DNA of 64,000 nt from Isosphaeraceae bacterium (GCA_965201075.1 CBDAVP010000007.1:1-64000); one strand, 5' to 3'. Positions 40,112 to 49,577 are shown, counted from the stretch's first letter. Numbers and translations: made by a program. Notes: a model not told the origin generated them from the letters alone.

Positions 40112-41122
40112 TCAGGAGATGACGGTTCCATCAGCGCGAAAATCCCCAAGCGAGGGGCGGGCGGGCGGAAGTGACGTGGTGACCTCGCCGCGAATCGACG
40201 AAAGCCATGCCCCCGCGACCACACCGAGGCCGAAACACCGTGCAAAGGCGACATAGGATGTCGTGGGTCGGGGATTCACTTCCAAAATCGTGGGGGCGGT
40301 TCCCTCGGGACCCTGGACGTAGTCGATCCCAAAGCAGCCGAGCAGTCCCGGAAGCTGCCGGCCGATCACCTCAACCGCCTCCACGATGGCTCCTGGCGCC
40401 GGTCCTTCCAGACTACCGCCGCGATAGGTCAGTTTCCCGCCGGCGTCCTCAATGCGTTGGCGGCAGATTCCCAGCACCTGGGTCGCGCCGTCGCACCCTT
40501 TCAAGGCCATCACGCTCATCGGGTGGCCGTGGACGAACGGCTGAAGAATGACATTGACCATCTCGCCCGCTCCGTCGGGAAAAGGGCCGGGGCCGTCGAC
40601 GCGGAAGGTTCGCACCGCCCCCGCGCCATCGTTGGGTTTCAAAACCGCCGGGTAGGGGAAATCGCTCGGCAACGCCTCGGTGTGTCCCAGTCGTCTCGTC
40701 ATCGGTGACAGCAATCCCCATTGACGCAACTCCTCTCCTAGCCTCGCCTTGTCCGAGACGCGGGCGATCGTCTCGGCCGTCGATCCCAGGGAACGGCCGC
40801 CCGCTCGGTGGACCCAAAGGGCTCGGTCCCGATGAAGGTGGTCGGACTCGGGAGCGACCAGCACGGTATAATCCGCCCGGCCCGCCAGGCGTTCGAGGGT
40901 GAGGCGTTCCTCGCCCGGCCCGACCCGAACGATTTCCCAGGGCCCTGGTTCGCCGGGAAGGCGATGGTCCAGGGTCATCGTCACCCGTACCCCGGGGATG
41001 GCGGCGAAATCCGCCGCGAGGGCCCGGCGCATCGCCCCTCCCTCGGCGGTCCACCAGGGTGGGAGGGGCGTTTCGGCCAGGCCGCCTCCGGTCACGTATT
41101 CGTGGAGCGCGATGACGAGCAC
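40112..41122 (-). CDS. ATP-grasp ligase, tyramine-glutamate ligase MfnD/Orf1-like
   Basis: HEYVTGGG, AEGGAM, VAPESD, SDK, KPNDGAG, EVNPRPTTSY. Confidence 0.85.
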   Translation of the reverse strand: MLVIALHEYVTGGGLAETPLPPWWTAEGGAMRRALAADFAAIPGVRVTMTLDHRLPGEPGPWEIVRVGPGEERLTLERLAGRADYTVLVAPESDHLHRDRALWVHRAGGRSLGSTAETIARVSDKARLGEELRQWGLLSPMTRRLGHTEALPSDFPYPAVLKPNDGAGAVRTFRVDGPGPFPDGAGEMVNVILQPFVHGHPMSVMALKGCDGATQVLGICRQRIEDAGGKLTYRGGSLEGPAPGAIVEAVEVIGRQLPGLLGCFGIDYVQGPEGTAPTILEVNPRPTTSYVAFARCFGLGVVAGAWLSSIRGEVTTSLPPARPSLGDFRADGTVIS

Positions 41123-41138
41123 GACGGGGCCAATCGGC

Positions 41139-41873
41139 TTGAGGGTAATGCCAGTCCTGGACCTTTCGAGGGGCCAGGCAGTCCACGCGGTCGCCGGCGA
41201 TCGGGCTCATTATGCCCCGGTCCAAACGTCCCTGCATCCGACGTCCGACCCGCTCGGACTGGCGAGGGCATTTCGAGACGTCCTGGGGCTTCGCTCCCTC
41301 TACCTGGCCGACCTCGACGCGATCGGCGGCGGTCCTCCCGCCCTCGACCTGTATCAAGCCCTCAACCGACTGGGGTTGGAACTCTGGGTCGACGCGGGAC
41401 TGCGCGATGAGGCCCAGGTTCTCCCCCTCGTGGATCAGGGAGTGACCGGGTTGGTCGCCGGGTCCGAAACTCTGCGAGGAGCCGAGGCGCTGTTCCGAAT
41501 AGTGGACCGGGCGGGACCTCGTCGGGTGGTGTTCAGCCTGGACCTGAAGGGGGACCGGCCGATTCTCGCCCCTGACGCCGACTGGGAATCCCGGGAGCCG
41601 ACCGGGTTGGTTCGTCAGGCTGTTGGCGTGGGCGCTCGACGCATCCTCTTCCTGGACCTCGCCCGGGTGGGCCTCGGGAGCGGACTCCCCTCAAGAGGGG
41701 TCGATTCCGCGACCTTCCTGCGGGCCGGGGATGTTGAGGTCTGGATCGGTGGGGGCGTGGCGGGGCGCGACGATCTGAACCTTGCCGAGCGCGCGGGAGT
41801 GTCCACGATCCTGGTCGGGTCGGCCCTGCTTGATGGCCGGATCGTCCCGGGAGACCTGGCGGGACGCTCCTGA
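41139..41873 (+). CDS. HisA/HisF-related TIM barrel (Orf17-like)
   Basis: RVMPVLDL.RGQAVHAVAGDRAHY, LYLADLDAI, WVDAG, LDLARVG, GGGV; TTG start (alternative ATG 41148). Confidence 0.85.
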   Translation: MRVMPVLDLSRGQAVHAVAGDRAHYAPVQTSLHPTSDPLGLARAFRDVLGLRSLYLADLDAIGGGPPALDLYQALNRLGLELWVDAGLRDEAQVLPLVDQGVTGLVAGSETLRGAEALFRIVDRAGPRRVVFSLDLKGDRPILAPDADWESREPTGLVRQAVGVGARRILFLDLARVGLGSGLPSRGVDSATFLRAGDVEVWIGGGVAGRDDLNLAERAGVSTILVGSALLDGRIVPGDLAGRS

Positions 41874-41874
41874 G

Positions 41875-41884
41875 CGATCACCCG
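41875..41884 (+). repeat. 10-bp direct repeat, left copy (CGATCACCCG)
   Basis: Identical to 46264-46273; starts 2 bp after the orf17-like stop. Confidence 0.6.
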
Positions 41885-41899
41885 ATATCCTTCCTCCGC

Positions 41900-43705
41900 C
41901 TATCGAGTGGCGAGGTCGGGAAGGTGGAGGGCGAGGAAGCGGTCAAGGAGGCGACCGAGGTCCCCGGGACTGGCACGCATCCGGTCGGGGACGCAGGGGA
42001 TGGCGCCCAGGACCGAGGTCTCGGCGGGAACGGGTCCGTCTCCGGCAAGGTAACCGGGAAGGTTTTCCCAGGTCGGGGCGAGGCGGTCTCGGTGGAGCAG
42101 GAAGACCTGGCGGACCGGCTGCCAGCCGGTGCGGGGGTCGAGGACTTGACGGGCGTAGTCGGTCATCTCGCGGAACTTCCGAGGCTGAAAGGTGTCGGTG
42201 GACTTCGCGTCCAGGACCAAAATCGTCGGCGGCTGGTCGTTCCGATCGACCTCGACGGTGATATCCGGGCGGAGCGATTCCCTGGTCAGTGTCGCTCCGA
42301 AGCGGTCGGGGTATCGGAGCGCGTCGCGCCAGGGCCGGATTTCCGGCTCATAGGTCGCGATGACACGGGCCCCGGCGCCGACCTCGAACCGGAACGACTG
42401 GCCGGGGGTCAGGTCGGGCCGGTAAATCTCGTCGATCAGCTCAAAGGCGTGGTCGGCGGCCGGCGGCCCGAGACGGGCGCGCAAGTGGCCAACGACCCGG
42501 AGGAAACACCAGTATTCATAGAGGGTGGGAAGGTCACGATGGGCGACCCGCAACTCGTCGCCGTCGATCAAAACGCCCAGCGCGGTCCGGGCCCGAAGCA
42601 GGGCAAGGTAGACCTCCCGATAGGCGGGCCGACCGAGAAACACGGGGGTCGGGCCGAAGTCCGTGCGGGCCGGCCCGGCGTTGGCCAGGAACCGGTGACG
42701 GGCGAGGATCGCGCGAAACTCAGCGCCGACGTTGAGGGCGTCGCCCGCCAGTCGCCTCAGGGCCCTGGCGCGGGTCACTCCGGGGTTGGGAGGCGCCGCG
42801 AGGGTGGGGGCAACGCTTGCCGATGGGGTGGCGGCCGGACGATGGCGGGCCGCTTGCCAGTCGAGGCGGTCGGCGGTGCGCTCGCAGTGGCGGGAAAGTC
42901 CCTCGGCGCGCGCGGCCAGGCGTCTGAGGCCCTCGGCGATGTGACGATGCTCGGGGAGGTCTTCGGTCAAGGACGCCCCTCGGACCAGCAGCTTCCCCAG
43001 GGCGGAGACCCGGCCAAACCGATCAATCCGGGTCGCGGGGTCCCGAGCCGCCGCGACCGCCGAGGCCGAGTCGACCCGGTCCCCACCCCGGTAACGCACC
43101 GTCCGGACCTGGCGGCCCAGCGAGACCGACGGTTGCTTGGCGATCACCTCGACGGAGGCTTGCAGGTGGGCCCGGACCTCCCGAAGCCGGTTGAGCATCG
43201 CTCGGGGGTGAACCAGCGCGACGGAACCGGCCTCGACCCGCCGACGGGTGAAGCTCCGCCCGGCGACGTCCTGGGCCAGACCTTCGTGGACCGCCGAAAC
43301 GTCTCTCAGCATCACCCGGTAGTCCCGGGCGACCTCGGGCCGCGCCTTGACCTCGATCTCCAGGTCACAGAGAGTTTCGGCGGCCGCGTCCACCTCGCCC
43401 CGCTCCAGGACGATCCGGCTGGAGCCGAACGCGTTGCGAAACCAGGGGGCCTCGGCCGTCTGAAAGTAGCGGGCGCCGGTGGGAGCTTCGGCGATGACCT
43501 CGTCGGCGAGCCTCAGCCGCAACGAGGCCGTGGCGGAACCCAGCGGGACATGGACGTGGATCGCGAAGAGTTCCTCGGCCGCGATCGACAGCCCGACCGC
43601 CTCGACTCTCGACGGCCCGACCCTGGCCGCGATCGACCGCCGCAACAGGTCGCGGTCGCCGGCACGGATGCGGATCTCGAAAGCGGACGGGTCGGGAGCG
43701 GTCAC
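41900..43705 (-). CDS. DUF2357 / McrC-like PD-(D/E)xK nuclease
   Basis: FRNAFG, DYRVMLRDV, DLPEHR, PAYREVY, LYEYWCFL, LRPDITV..LVLDAK; GTG start 34 bp after McrB stop. Confidence 0.85.
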   Translation of the reverse strand: MTAPDPSAFEIRIRAGDRDLLRRSIAARVGPSRVEAVGLSIAAEELFAIHVHVPLGSATASLRLRLADEVIAEAPTGARYFQTAEAPWFRNAFGSSRIVLERGEVDAAAETLCDLEIEVKARPEVARDYRVMLRDVSAVHEGLAQDVAGRSFTRRRVEAGSVALVHPRAMLNRLREVRAHLQASVEVIAKQPSVSLGRQVRTVRYRGGDRVDSASAVAAARDPATRIDRFGRVSALGKLLVRGASLTEDLPEHRHIAEGLRRLAARAEGLSRHCERTADRLDWQAARHRPAATPSASVAPTLAAPPNPGVTRARALRRLAGDALNVGAEFRAILARHRFLANAGPARTDFGPTPVFLGRPAYREVYLALLRARTALGVLIDGDELRVAHRDLPTLYEYWCFLRVVGHLRARLGPPAADHAFELIDEIYRPDLTPGQSFRFEVGAGARVIATYEPEIRPWRDALRYPDRFGATLTRESLRPDITVEVDRNDQPPTILVLDAKSTDTFQPRKFREMTDYARQVLDPRTGWQPVRQVFLLHRDRLAPTWENLPGYLAGDGPVPAETSVLGAIPCVPDRMRASPGDLGRLLDRFLALHLPDLATR

Positions 43706-43739
43706 GGGCGATCCCTGGGCGACTCCGGGGCGAGCGGTC

Positions 43740-46181
43740 TCACAGGAGCTGGAAGAAGTCAATCTCGGCCGGCGCTTCGAGGATCGCCCCGAGCATGTCG
43801 GCGGCTCGGGGGAACCGGGGGCGGCCGATGAATTCCTGAAGGGCCCGCAGCGTCTCCTTGTAATGAGGAGCCGTGGGACGCAGGCGCGGCAAAACCACTT
43901 GCATGAGCTGGAAGTCGAGAGCGCGGTCCTCGGCCAGGAACGGCCGGGCCGAGGCGACGTAGTCCAGCATCCGGTCCCGCTGGCGGAACCCCAGGCCAAG
44001 GCGGGAGCGGCGTAGGACCTCGTTGACCCGCAGGATGAAGTCGCGAGCTTCACCCGGGGCGGGCCCCCGACGGATCCATCCCAGGTACGTCGACAGGCCC
44101 ACCGGGCGAACCGGCGTGCTCGACACCGACGCCTCGGCGCGAGCGGAGGCCGCAAGGTCCGGGGCCGAAAAGGCGACGACCTGGGCCCGGTCCAGCACCT
44201 TGGGGCTGAAGAAGTGGGTGGTCTCGTCGATGTTGACGGTCCCCAGGAAGCGCACATTCGGTCCCAGGGGGATGCGTCGGTGGTCGGCGTAGGGGTCGTC
44301 CGGTCGGGTCAGCCCGTGGGCAAAAAGCGTCAGGGCCCGGGACTTCTCGGGCAATTCCAGGACGCTGAGGAACTGAGCGAAGTAATGCTCGACGCGGGCG
44401 AGGTTCATCTCGTCGAGGCAGATTGGCACCAGACCCCCACGCCCCGCGGCGAGGTCGGCCGCGGCGGCGATCAGGCATTCGACCAACCCGGCGGCGGGCG
44501 GCTCGAACCGGCCAGCGATGGCGTTGAAGGCCCCCAGCAGGTCGCGGTCGTCCAGCCAGTCGGGCCGGACCGGGATGTGAAGGTACGCCTCTTCCGACCC
44601 AAGGGCCTCGGCATAGAGGCGCGGAAGGCTGCTCTTGCCCGTGCCGCTGGGCCCGGCCAGGATCGTCAGGGCCCCCGTTTTGACGCAGGCGTGCAGGTTG
44701 ACGAGGTCTTCGGTCGCGAAGGTGAACCCCGCCCGGCGAACGACGTCGTGGAACTGGGCGAGGAAGTCGGCCTCCGAGAGCGGAGGGCCTTCGGGCGCGG
44801 ATCGGGTCGACAGACACATCGGCAGTCGAGGAGCAGACGCGGGAGCGACGGGCAACGGGTCGGAAGCCTGGGACGATGCCCCCGAGAGGCGTCGCAGGAC
44901 CGGCCACTGGCCAAACAACTCATCGACGACGCGATCGGTCCGCTGCTCATAATCCTCAACGGCCCGGTCCAGTCCGGCTCGCAAGGCCTCGGCCCGCCCG
45001 TCCAGGGCGCCTTCCCGCTCCGAGAGCGCGGCTTCTCGACGGTCCAGCGAGCGGGATCGTTCCTCATCGTTTTCCTTCCGGGCGGCGATCTCCCGATCCA
45101 GTCGGGCGATCGATTCCGCCTCGAACGCCTGGGCCTGCCCTTCCAGGAGGCGCAATTCGTCGCGGCGGGCGGCGGTTCGGGCCTCGATCTCCTCATTCCG
45201 TCGACGCACGGCGTCCTCAACCTGGACGGTCACGAGGGTGTCGGCGTGCTGGCGGACGAGTTCCTCGAACGCCGGGGTCTCGGCGAGGTCGCGGGCGACG
45301 TCCTCGCCGAGTTCCAGGACTCGCTCGCGGTCGGCGATAAGCTGGCGAAGCCGCTCGCGCTTACGGGCGGCGCCCACTCCCGAGGCGGCCACCGGATCGG
45401 CCTCGCGGAGGTCTTGCAGGGCCGACTGAATCTGCTGGCGTTGCTTGCGGGGCATCTGGCGGGTTGCCCAGCGGATCACCTCGGCGTCGCTGGTGGCGTC
45501 GACCGACTCGGCCGTCAACCGCAGACGGGACGCATCCACCCAGGAGGTCCGGGTCATCGCCAGGTCCACCACCTTGCGATCAATCGGGTTGCGGGTGTAC
45601 TCGCCGAGCTCGACCCGGAACTCCTCAACCCGGGCGATCGCGGAAAAGGCCTCCCTGGAGAGCTTCCAAACCTCGGCATCCTCCCCGGGTGGAGGCGCAA
45701 GGCGCAACCGACCCTCGGCGGGCTCCCAGTGGGCCGAGAGTGGCCCGAGCAGGCTGGACCGGCCCCGCAACCAGACCCGAGCGGTGGTGGGACGGGGCCA
45801 GGGAAGCCCTTTTTGCCGGTGAATCCACTCGACGCCCGGCTCGGCCTGGGGAATGTCGAGGATTTCGACCAGGTCCGGGTCGCCAGGCTGGATCTCGTGC
45901 AGGCGGACCTGGAACCGATCCTTCTCCCCCTGCCGGGCCATCTCGATCCCCCCGGTCCAGAGCATTCCGGGGACCACCTGATCGCTGGTCAGGGTCGAAC
46001 GCAAGAGCCACCAGACTCGCCCCCGGTAGGGGAACGCCTGATCGACGTCCTCGAATCGGTCGCCGGCCACCGTCATCAGCGGGTAGAGCACGCAAAAGCG
46101 GTTCGGCCCCACCTCAAACGCCGGCTGGTCGACCGCGAAGACAATACGGGCTTCGTCACGACAAGCGGTTTCTCCGTCCAC
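43740..46181 (-). CDS. McrB-family AAA+ GTPase with central coiled coil and unknown N-terminal domain
   Basis: Walker A GPSGTGKS (44631-44654), VRPDW, LDEMNLARVEHYFAQFLS, GTVNIDETT, SPKVLDRA; GTG 46181 preceded by GGAGG (track start 46223). Confidence 0.88.
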   Translation of the reverse strand: MDGETACRDEARIVFAVDQPAFEVGPNRFCVLYPLMTVAGDRFEDVDQAFPYRGRVWWLLRSTLTSDQVVPGMLWTGGIEMARQGEKDRFQVRLHEIQPGDPDLVEILDIPQAEPGVEWIHRQKGLPWPRPTTARVWLRGRSSLLGPLSAHWEPAEGRLRLAPPPGEDAEVWKLSREAFSAIARVEEFRVELGEYTRNPIDRKVVDLAMTRTSWVDASRLRLTAESVDATSDAEVIRWATRQMPRKQRQQIQSALQDLREADPVAASGVGAARKRERLRQLIADRERVLELGEDVARDLAETPAFEELVRQHADTLVTVQVEDAVRRRNEEIEARTAARRDELRLLEGQAQAFEAESIARLDREIAARKENDEERSRSLDRREAALSEREGALDGRAEALRAGLDRAVEDYEQRTDRVVDELFGQWPVLRRLSGASSQASDPLPVAPASAPRLPMCLSTRSAPEGPPLSEADFLAQFHDVVRRAGFTFATEDLVNLHACVKTGALTILAGPSGTGKSSLPRLYAEALGSEEAYLHIPVRPDWLDDRDLLGAFNAIAGRFEPPAAGLVECLIAAAADLAAGRGGLVPICLDEMNLARVEHYFAQFLSVLELPEKSRALTLFAHGLTRPDDPYADHRRIPLGPNVRFLGTVNIDETTHFFSPKVLDRAQVVAFSAPDLAASARAEASVSSTPVRPVGLSTYLGWIRRGPAPGEARDFILRVNEVLRRSRLGLGFRQRDRMLDYVASARPFLAEDRALDFQLMQVVLPRLRPTAPHYKETLRALQEFIGRPRFPRAADMLGAILEAPAEIDFFQLL

Positions 46182-46263
46182 TCCCCCTCCCCAACACCAA
46201 AATCTTGATGGCCTGGCAGCCACGGTTCGTTCGCGTCGTCGTCAAGCGTTCGACAGGGTCGAT

Positions 46264-46273
46264 CGATCACCCG
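46264..46273 (+). repeat. 10-bp direct repeat, right copy (CGATCACCCG)
   Basis: Identical to 41875-41884; followed by hairpin CCGCCGG-AAGT-CCGGTGG. Confidence 0.6.
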
Positions 46274-46297
46274 CCGGAAGTCCGGTGGTCCGTCGGC

Positions 46298-46807
46298 TCA
46301 TGGTCCGTTGGACTTCGCCACCCGCAGTTCGACGGTCGCCCACTGGCCGAAATTCTCCTCCACCGAGACGCGTAACACCCGGGGCTCGGACAGCGAGCGG
46401 GCGGCGAAGTCGGCGAGCAGGCGGCCGGCCAGGTAGTCGGCCAGTCGCTCGGCGGTCGTGTTCGCCATCGGCAAGACCACGCATTCCTCGCGGGGGAAAC
46501 TCCAGTGGCGATCTCCAAACCGGGCACACAGGTTCGGACCATCCGTCGCCAGGACGATCAGGGAGCTACGTCCCGGAAGAAGCATGCGGTGATCGAGCTC
46601 GCCGACCAACGCCTTGGTCAGGTCTCGCAGGGCGATGAAGTCGAAGACGTAATGGTTCTCGTCCAGGTCCGCCTCAACCTCGACGGCGACCCGGTAGTTG
46701 TGACCGTGCAGCCGCTCGCAGGTCTCGCCATTGAAGGTGATGAAATGCCCGGCGGAGAAAACCAGCTCTTCCTTGCTGACCCGGACGGAGTAGCGTTCGC
46801 TGGTCAA
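46298..46807 (-). CDS. COG0720 6-pyruvoyl/6-carboxy-tetrahydropterin synthase family, PTPS-I/III type
   Basis: FSAGH, CERLHGHNY, FDF, LDH, TTAERLA, VEENFG; TTG start with GAGG (alternative ATG 46876). Confidence 0.88.
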   Translation of the reverse strand: MTSERYSVRVSKEELVFSAGHFITFNGETCERLHGHNYRVAVEVEADLDENHYVFDFIALRDLTKALVGELDHRMLLPGRSSLIVLATDGPNLCARFGDRHWSFPREECVVLPMANTTAERLADYLAGRLLADFAARSLSEPRVLRVSVEENFGQWATVELRVAKSNGP

Positions 46808-46814
46808 CGGGGCC

Positions 46815-47705
46815 TCAAGGAGGGGAAGGATCGACGTGGGACCATCGGGCGGAGATGGGGAGACCAATTGTGCCATCTCTCAATAAAACGTACAAGGCGC
46901 CGCAAACTAAGTCGGCAACCGCTCCGGGGTTGCGCGCATGCCCTTCGGCACGCAGCCATTCATCCAAGGTATCAAATGCTCGCTGTCCGCCGTCGGGCCA
47001 GCCCATTCGCAGGACGTCGACGGCCATCCGGGACGATTCGGCCGCCTCGTCGGGTCCTCGTTTGCGAAGGATCAAGGAATCCGGAGTGAGGGCCATTGTG
47101 GTGAGTTGGGCGAGGATGATGGCCGACTCGATCGAATGCCCCGAGGTCAAGGCCGCGCTCAGCGCGGGACTGGTGACGTCGAAGACCTCGGAATATCCGC
47201 TGGCCAGTTGGCGGGCGACGAGGTCGCGGTCGGCCGCGAGCCTCATGGCCTCCACCAGCGTCACCGAGGGCTCAGAGGCGACATCCTGCTCGTCGGCGGT
47301 CCCGAGTCCCCCCGGCTTCGCCAGACGGATCGCCTGGTAGACACGAATGGCGTCCTCGACGGTCGTCAAGGCCATGACCCGTTGGACTCCCGAGCGCAGA
47401 TCGACTCCCGAGGGCACCGCCGCGAGGGGGGCCAGGAGCAGAATCATCCCCAGGTTTGTGTTGTGCGAGACGAGTCGACGGGTCGACTCAACGGCTCCGA
47501 GCACCGCCGAGCCGACCCCGGTTTGCGCCGCGTCGTTCAAGGGGCCGACCAGAGCCGAGGCGCTCAGGACGAAGTCGAGGTAGTGGGCGTCGGCGAAGTC
47601 GGCCCCTCGATGGACGTTGCCGGGCTTCCTCGCCGTCACTTCCATCAAGCAGGCGATCTGGGCAAGTTCTCCGGGGGTGAAGCTCGGTTTGGCGGGGGTT
47701 GTCAT
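46815..47705 (-). CDS. CitG-like triphosphoribosyl-dephospho-CoA synthase family (Orf7)
   Basis: EVTARKPGNVH, NTNLGMILLLAPL, PDSLILRKRG, NPGAVAD. Confidence 0.9.
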   Translation of the reverse strand: MTTPAKPSFTPGELAQIACLMEVTARKPGNVHRGADFADAHYLDFVLSASALVGPLNDAAQTGVGSAVLGAVESTRRLVSHNTNLGMILLLAPLAAVPSGVDLRSGVQRVMALTTVEDAIRVYQAIRLAKPGGLGTADEQDVASEPSVTLVEAMRLAADRDLVARQLASGYSEVFDVTSPALSAALTSGHSIESAIILAQLTTMALTPDSLILRKRGPDEAAESSRMAVDVLRMGWPDGGQRAFDTLDEWLRAEGHARNPGAVADLVCGALYVLLRDGTIGLPISARWSHVDPSPP

Positions 47706-48598
47706 GGTCGGCCCATCACCTCTCGGACAATCTCGGCGGCGACGTCGAGACCGGTGGCGGCGGCCAGGGCCTTCCAGCCGGGGACGGCGTTGACCTCGAT
47801 GACCTGGAGCGACCCGTCCCGGCCGGGCAGGAGGTCGACGCCGGCCATCGAAGCGCCGACCGCCTCTGCGGCCTGAAGGGCGAGGCGGCCGAGTTCAGGG
47901 TCGATCGAAATCGATTCGGCCCGGCCGCCGAGGGAAATGTTGGTCCGCCAGTCGCCGGCCGGAGCGTGACGACGGATCGCGCCCAGGACTCGACCTCCCA
48001 GGACGAAGACGCGGAAATCGTGGCCGGGGTGAGGGATGAATCGCTGGAGGTAGAGGACCGCGCCCAGCCTGGAAAGGGTTTGGCAGGCGCGGCGGGCAAG
48101 CTCGGGGTCGGAAACCCGGACCAGGCCGCGCCCCTCGGAGCCGAAAAGGGGTTTGATGACGACATCCCCCCCGAGACTTTCGAACGCCTCCAGGGCATCG
48201 TCGGCCCGCTCGCCGGCCCAGGTGGGGGGAACCGGCAATCCGGCCGCGGCGAGTCGGGCCGTGGCCAGGTATTTGTCCACCGACGCCTCCACCGCCGAGG
48301 GTGAATTCAAGATCGGCACCCCAGCGGCGACCAGTCGGTGCAGGGCGTCCATGCGGAAGACCACCTGCTCCAGCGTGCCCGGCGGCATCATCCGCACGAC
48401 AACACCGTCGGCCGATCCCAAATCCAGGCGGCCCGACTTCATCCGCGTCGATCCGGCCTCGATGTGTCCGGTCAAACTCGGGAACGGGACGGGATGGAAA
48501 CGAACTCCCTGGGCGATCGCGGCGCGTTGGAGGTCCTGAACGTGCCAGCCCAGGCCCGAGACCAGTGCGACCAAACAGCGGGACGAGGCGCTCGGCAT
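47702..48598 (-). CDS. RimK-family ATP-grasp glutamate ligase (Orf5/MyfA-like)
   Basis: GWH, GTLEQVVFRMDAL, VDKY, KPLFGSEGRG, WRTNISLGG, EVNAVPGW. Confidence 0.9.
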   Translation of the reverse strand: MPSASSRCLVALVSGLGWHVQDLQRAAIAQGVRFHPVPFPSLTGHIEAGSTRMKSGRLDLGSADGVVVRMMPPGTLEQVVFRMDALHRLVAAGVPILNSPSAVEASVDKYLATARLAAAGLPVPPTWAGERADDALEAFESLGGDVVIKPLFGSEGRGLVRVSDPELARRACQTLSRLGAVLYLQRFIPHPGHDFRVFVLGGRVLGAIRRHAPAGDWRTNISLGGRAESISIDPELGRLALQAAEAVGASMAGVDLLPGRDGSLQVIEVNAVPGWKALAAATGLDVAAEIVREVMGRP

Positions 48599-48629
48599 CG
48601 GGCGGAGGACGTGGGGGTCGTTGGCGGGT

Positions 48630-49577
48630 TCAGTCAAAGAACGAGCGAGCCAGGACGTCTTCCTCGACCCGTCCGAAGGTGTGGACCCTTCCGGAGTCGA
48701 GGTTCTGAAAACTGACCACCGCCGGGCTGAACAGGTGGGGGTCGACCGCGTAGAAGTCGTGATTATAGCGACCGAAGATCGCGGCGAACGGCTCTCCGTG
48801 GTCCTTCGACGAGGAGGAGGGGACCAGGGGGCCGACGGCGGCCAGGGAATCATCGTCGCCGGTGACCGCCAGAACGACCCGGGCTCCATAAAGGATGGCG
48901 TCGTTGGTGCGGCCGATCGCCGCGAGGTCATTGGCGGCGACCGGCGGCAGCGGGGCCGAGCCCTGCGCCGAGACCACGCGATTCAGGTCGAAGCCGACTT
49001 CAACGAGCTTGTGCAAGGCGGTCTCCACCGACCGGGCCACCACCTGCACGCCACCGGCAAGGCTCGCGGTCGGGGCGATCAACAGAGTGACGGCCGAGGG
49101 GGAAACCTGGCAGGCCTCGGCCACCCGGGCGACGACCGACGGCGGTGGGACCTTGCGTCCTTCCAGCACGCCGACGACCGCCTGGGCCGACTCGGCGGGA
49201 AGTCCCAGTTTGGCGAAGAGGGCTTCGTGGGCCGAGGCGGCTCGCATCGGGCCCGAGCCCATCGCGAAGAACTTTCCCTCGGCCAGTTGCCAGCCGGCGT
49301 ACTGGCCAGCCAGGCAGGCGAGGACCGGGTGATCGGTGGCGACCTGAACGATCGGGCAAGGGCGGTCGCTGACGTTCCCTGCGGCGAGGTTGACCTCGGC
49401 CAGATCCCCCAGGCAAATCCTCGCCAGGTCCAGCCCGGCCAGAAAGCCACCTCGGGCGGTGATGCCGCAGTCGACAACCCGGCCACCTCCTTCAACTTCG
49501 GTCGCGACGACCCGGCGTTCCGGAGAGCGAGCGAGCAGGGTTTCGACCAGGGCGAGCGCTCGAGCGTTGAGATTCAT
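48630..49577 (-). CDS. mch: Methenyltetrahydromethanopterin cyclohydrolase
   Basis: ACLAGQYAGW, MGSGPMRA, QVVARSVETALHK, GRTNDAILYG, DFYAVDPHLFSPA. Confidence 0.95.
   Translation of the reverse strand: MNLNARALALVETLLARSPERRVVATEVEGGGRVVDCGITARGGFLAGLDLARICLGDLAEVNLAAGNVSDRPCPIVQVATDHPVLACLAGQYAGWQLAEGKFFAMGSGPMRAASAHEALFAKLGLPAESAQAVVGVLEGRKVPPPSVVARVAEACQVSPSAVTLLIAPTASLAGGVQVVARSVETALHKLVEVGFDLNRVVSAQGSAPLPPVAANDLAAIGRTNDAILYGARVVLAVTGDDDSLAAVGPLVPSSSSKDHGEPFAAIFGRYNHDFYAVDPHLFSPAVVSFQNLDSGRVHTFGRVEEDVLARSFFD

Noticed and set aside
43706..44257. Apparent 184-aa extension of the McrC-like ORF into mcrB, suggesting a frameshift fusion
   Set aside because: mcrB ends normally at 43740, the extension is low-complexity, and no slippery site was seen
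41924..46208. Long plus-strand ORFs (635 and 664 aa) antisense to mcrC/mcrB, and similar ones opposite guaA, acs and hemG
   Set aside because: Stop-poor antisense frames expected from high GC3; no motifs
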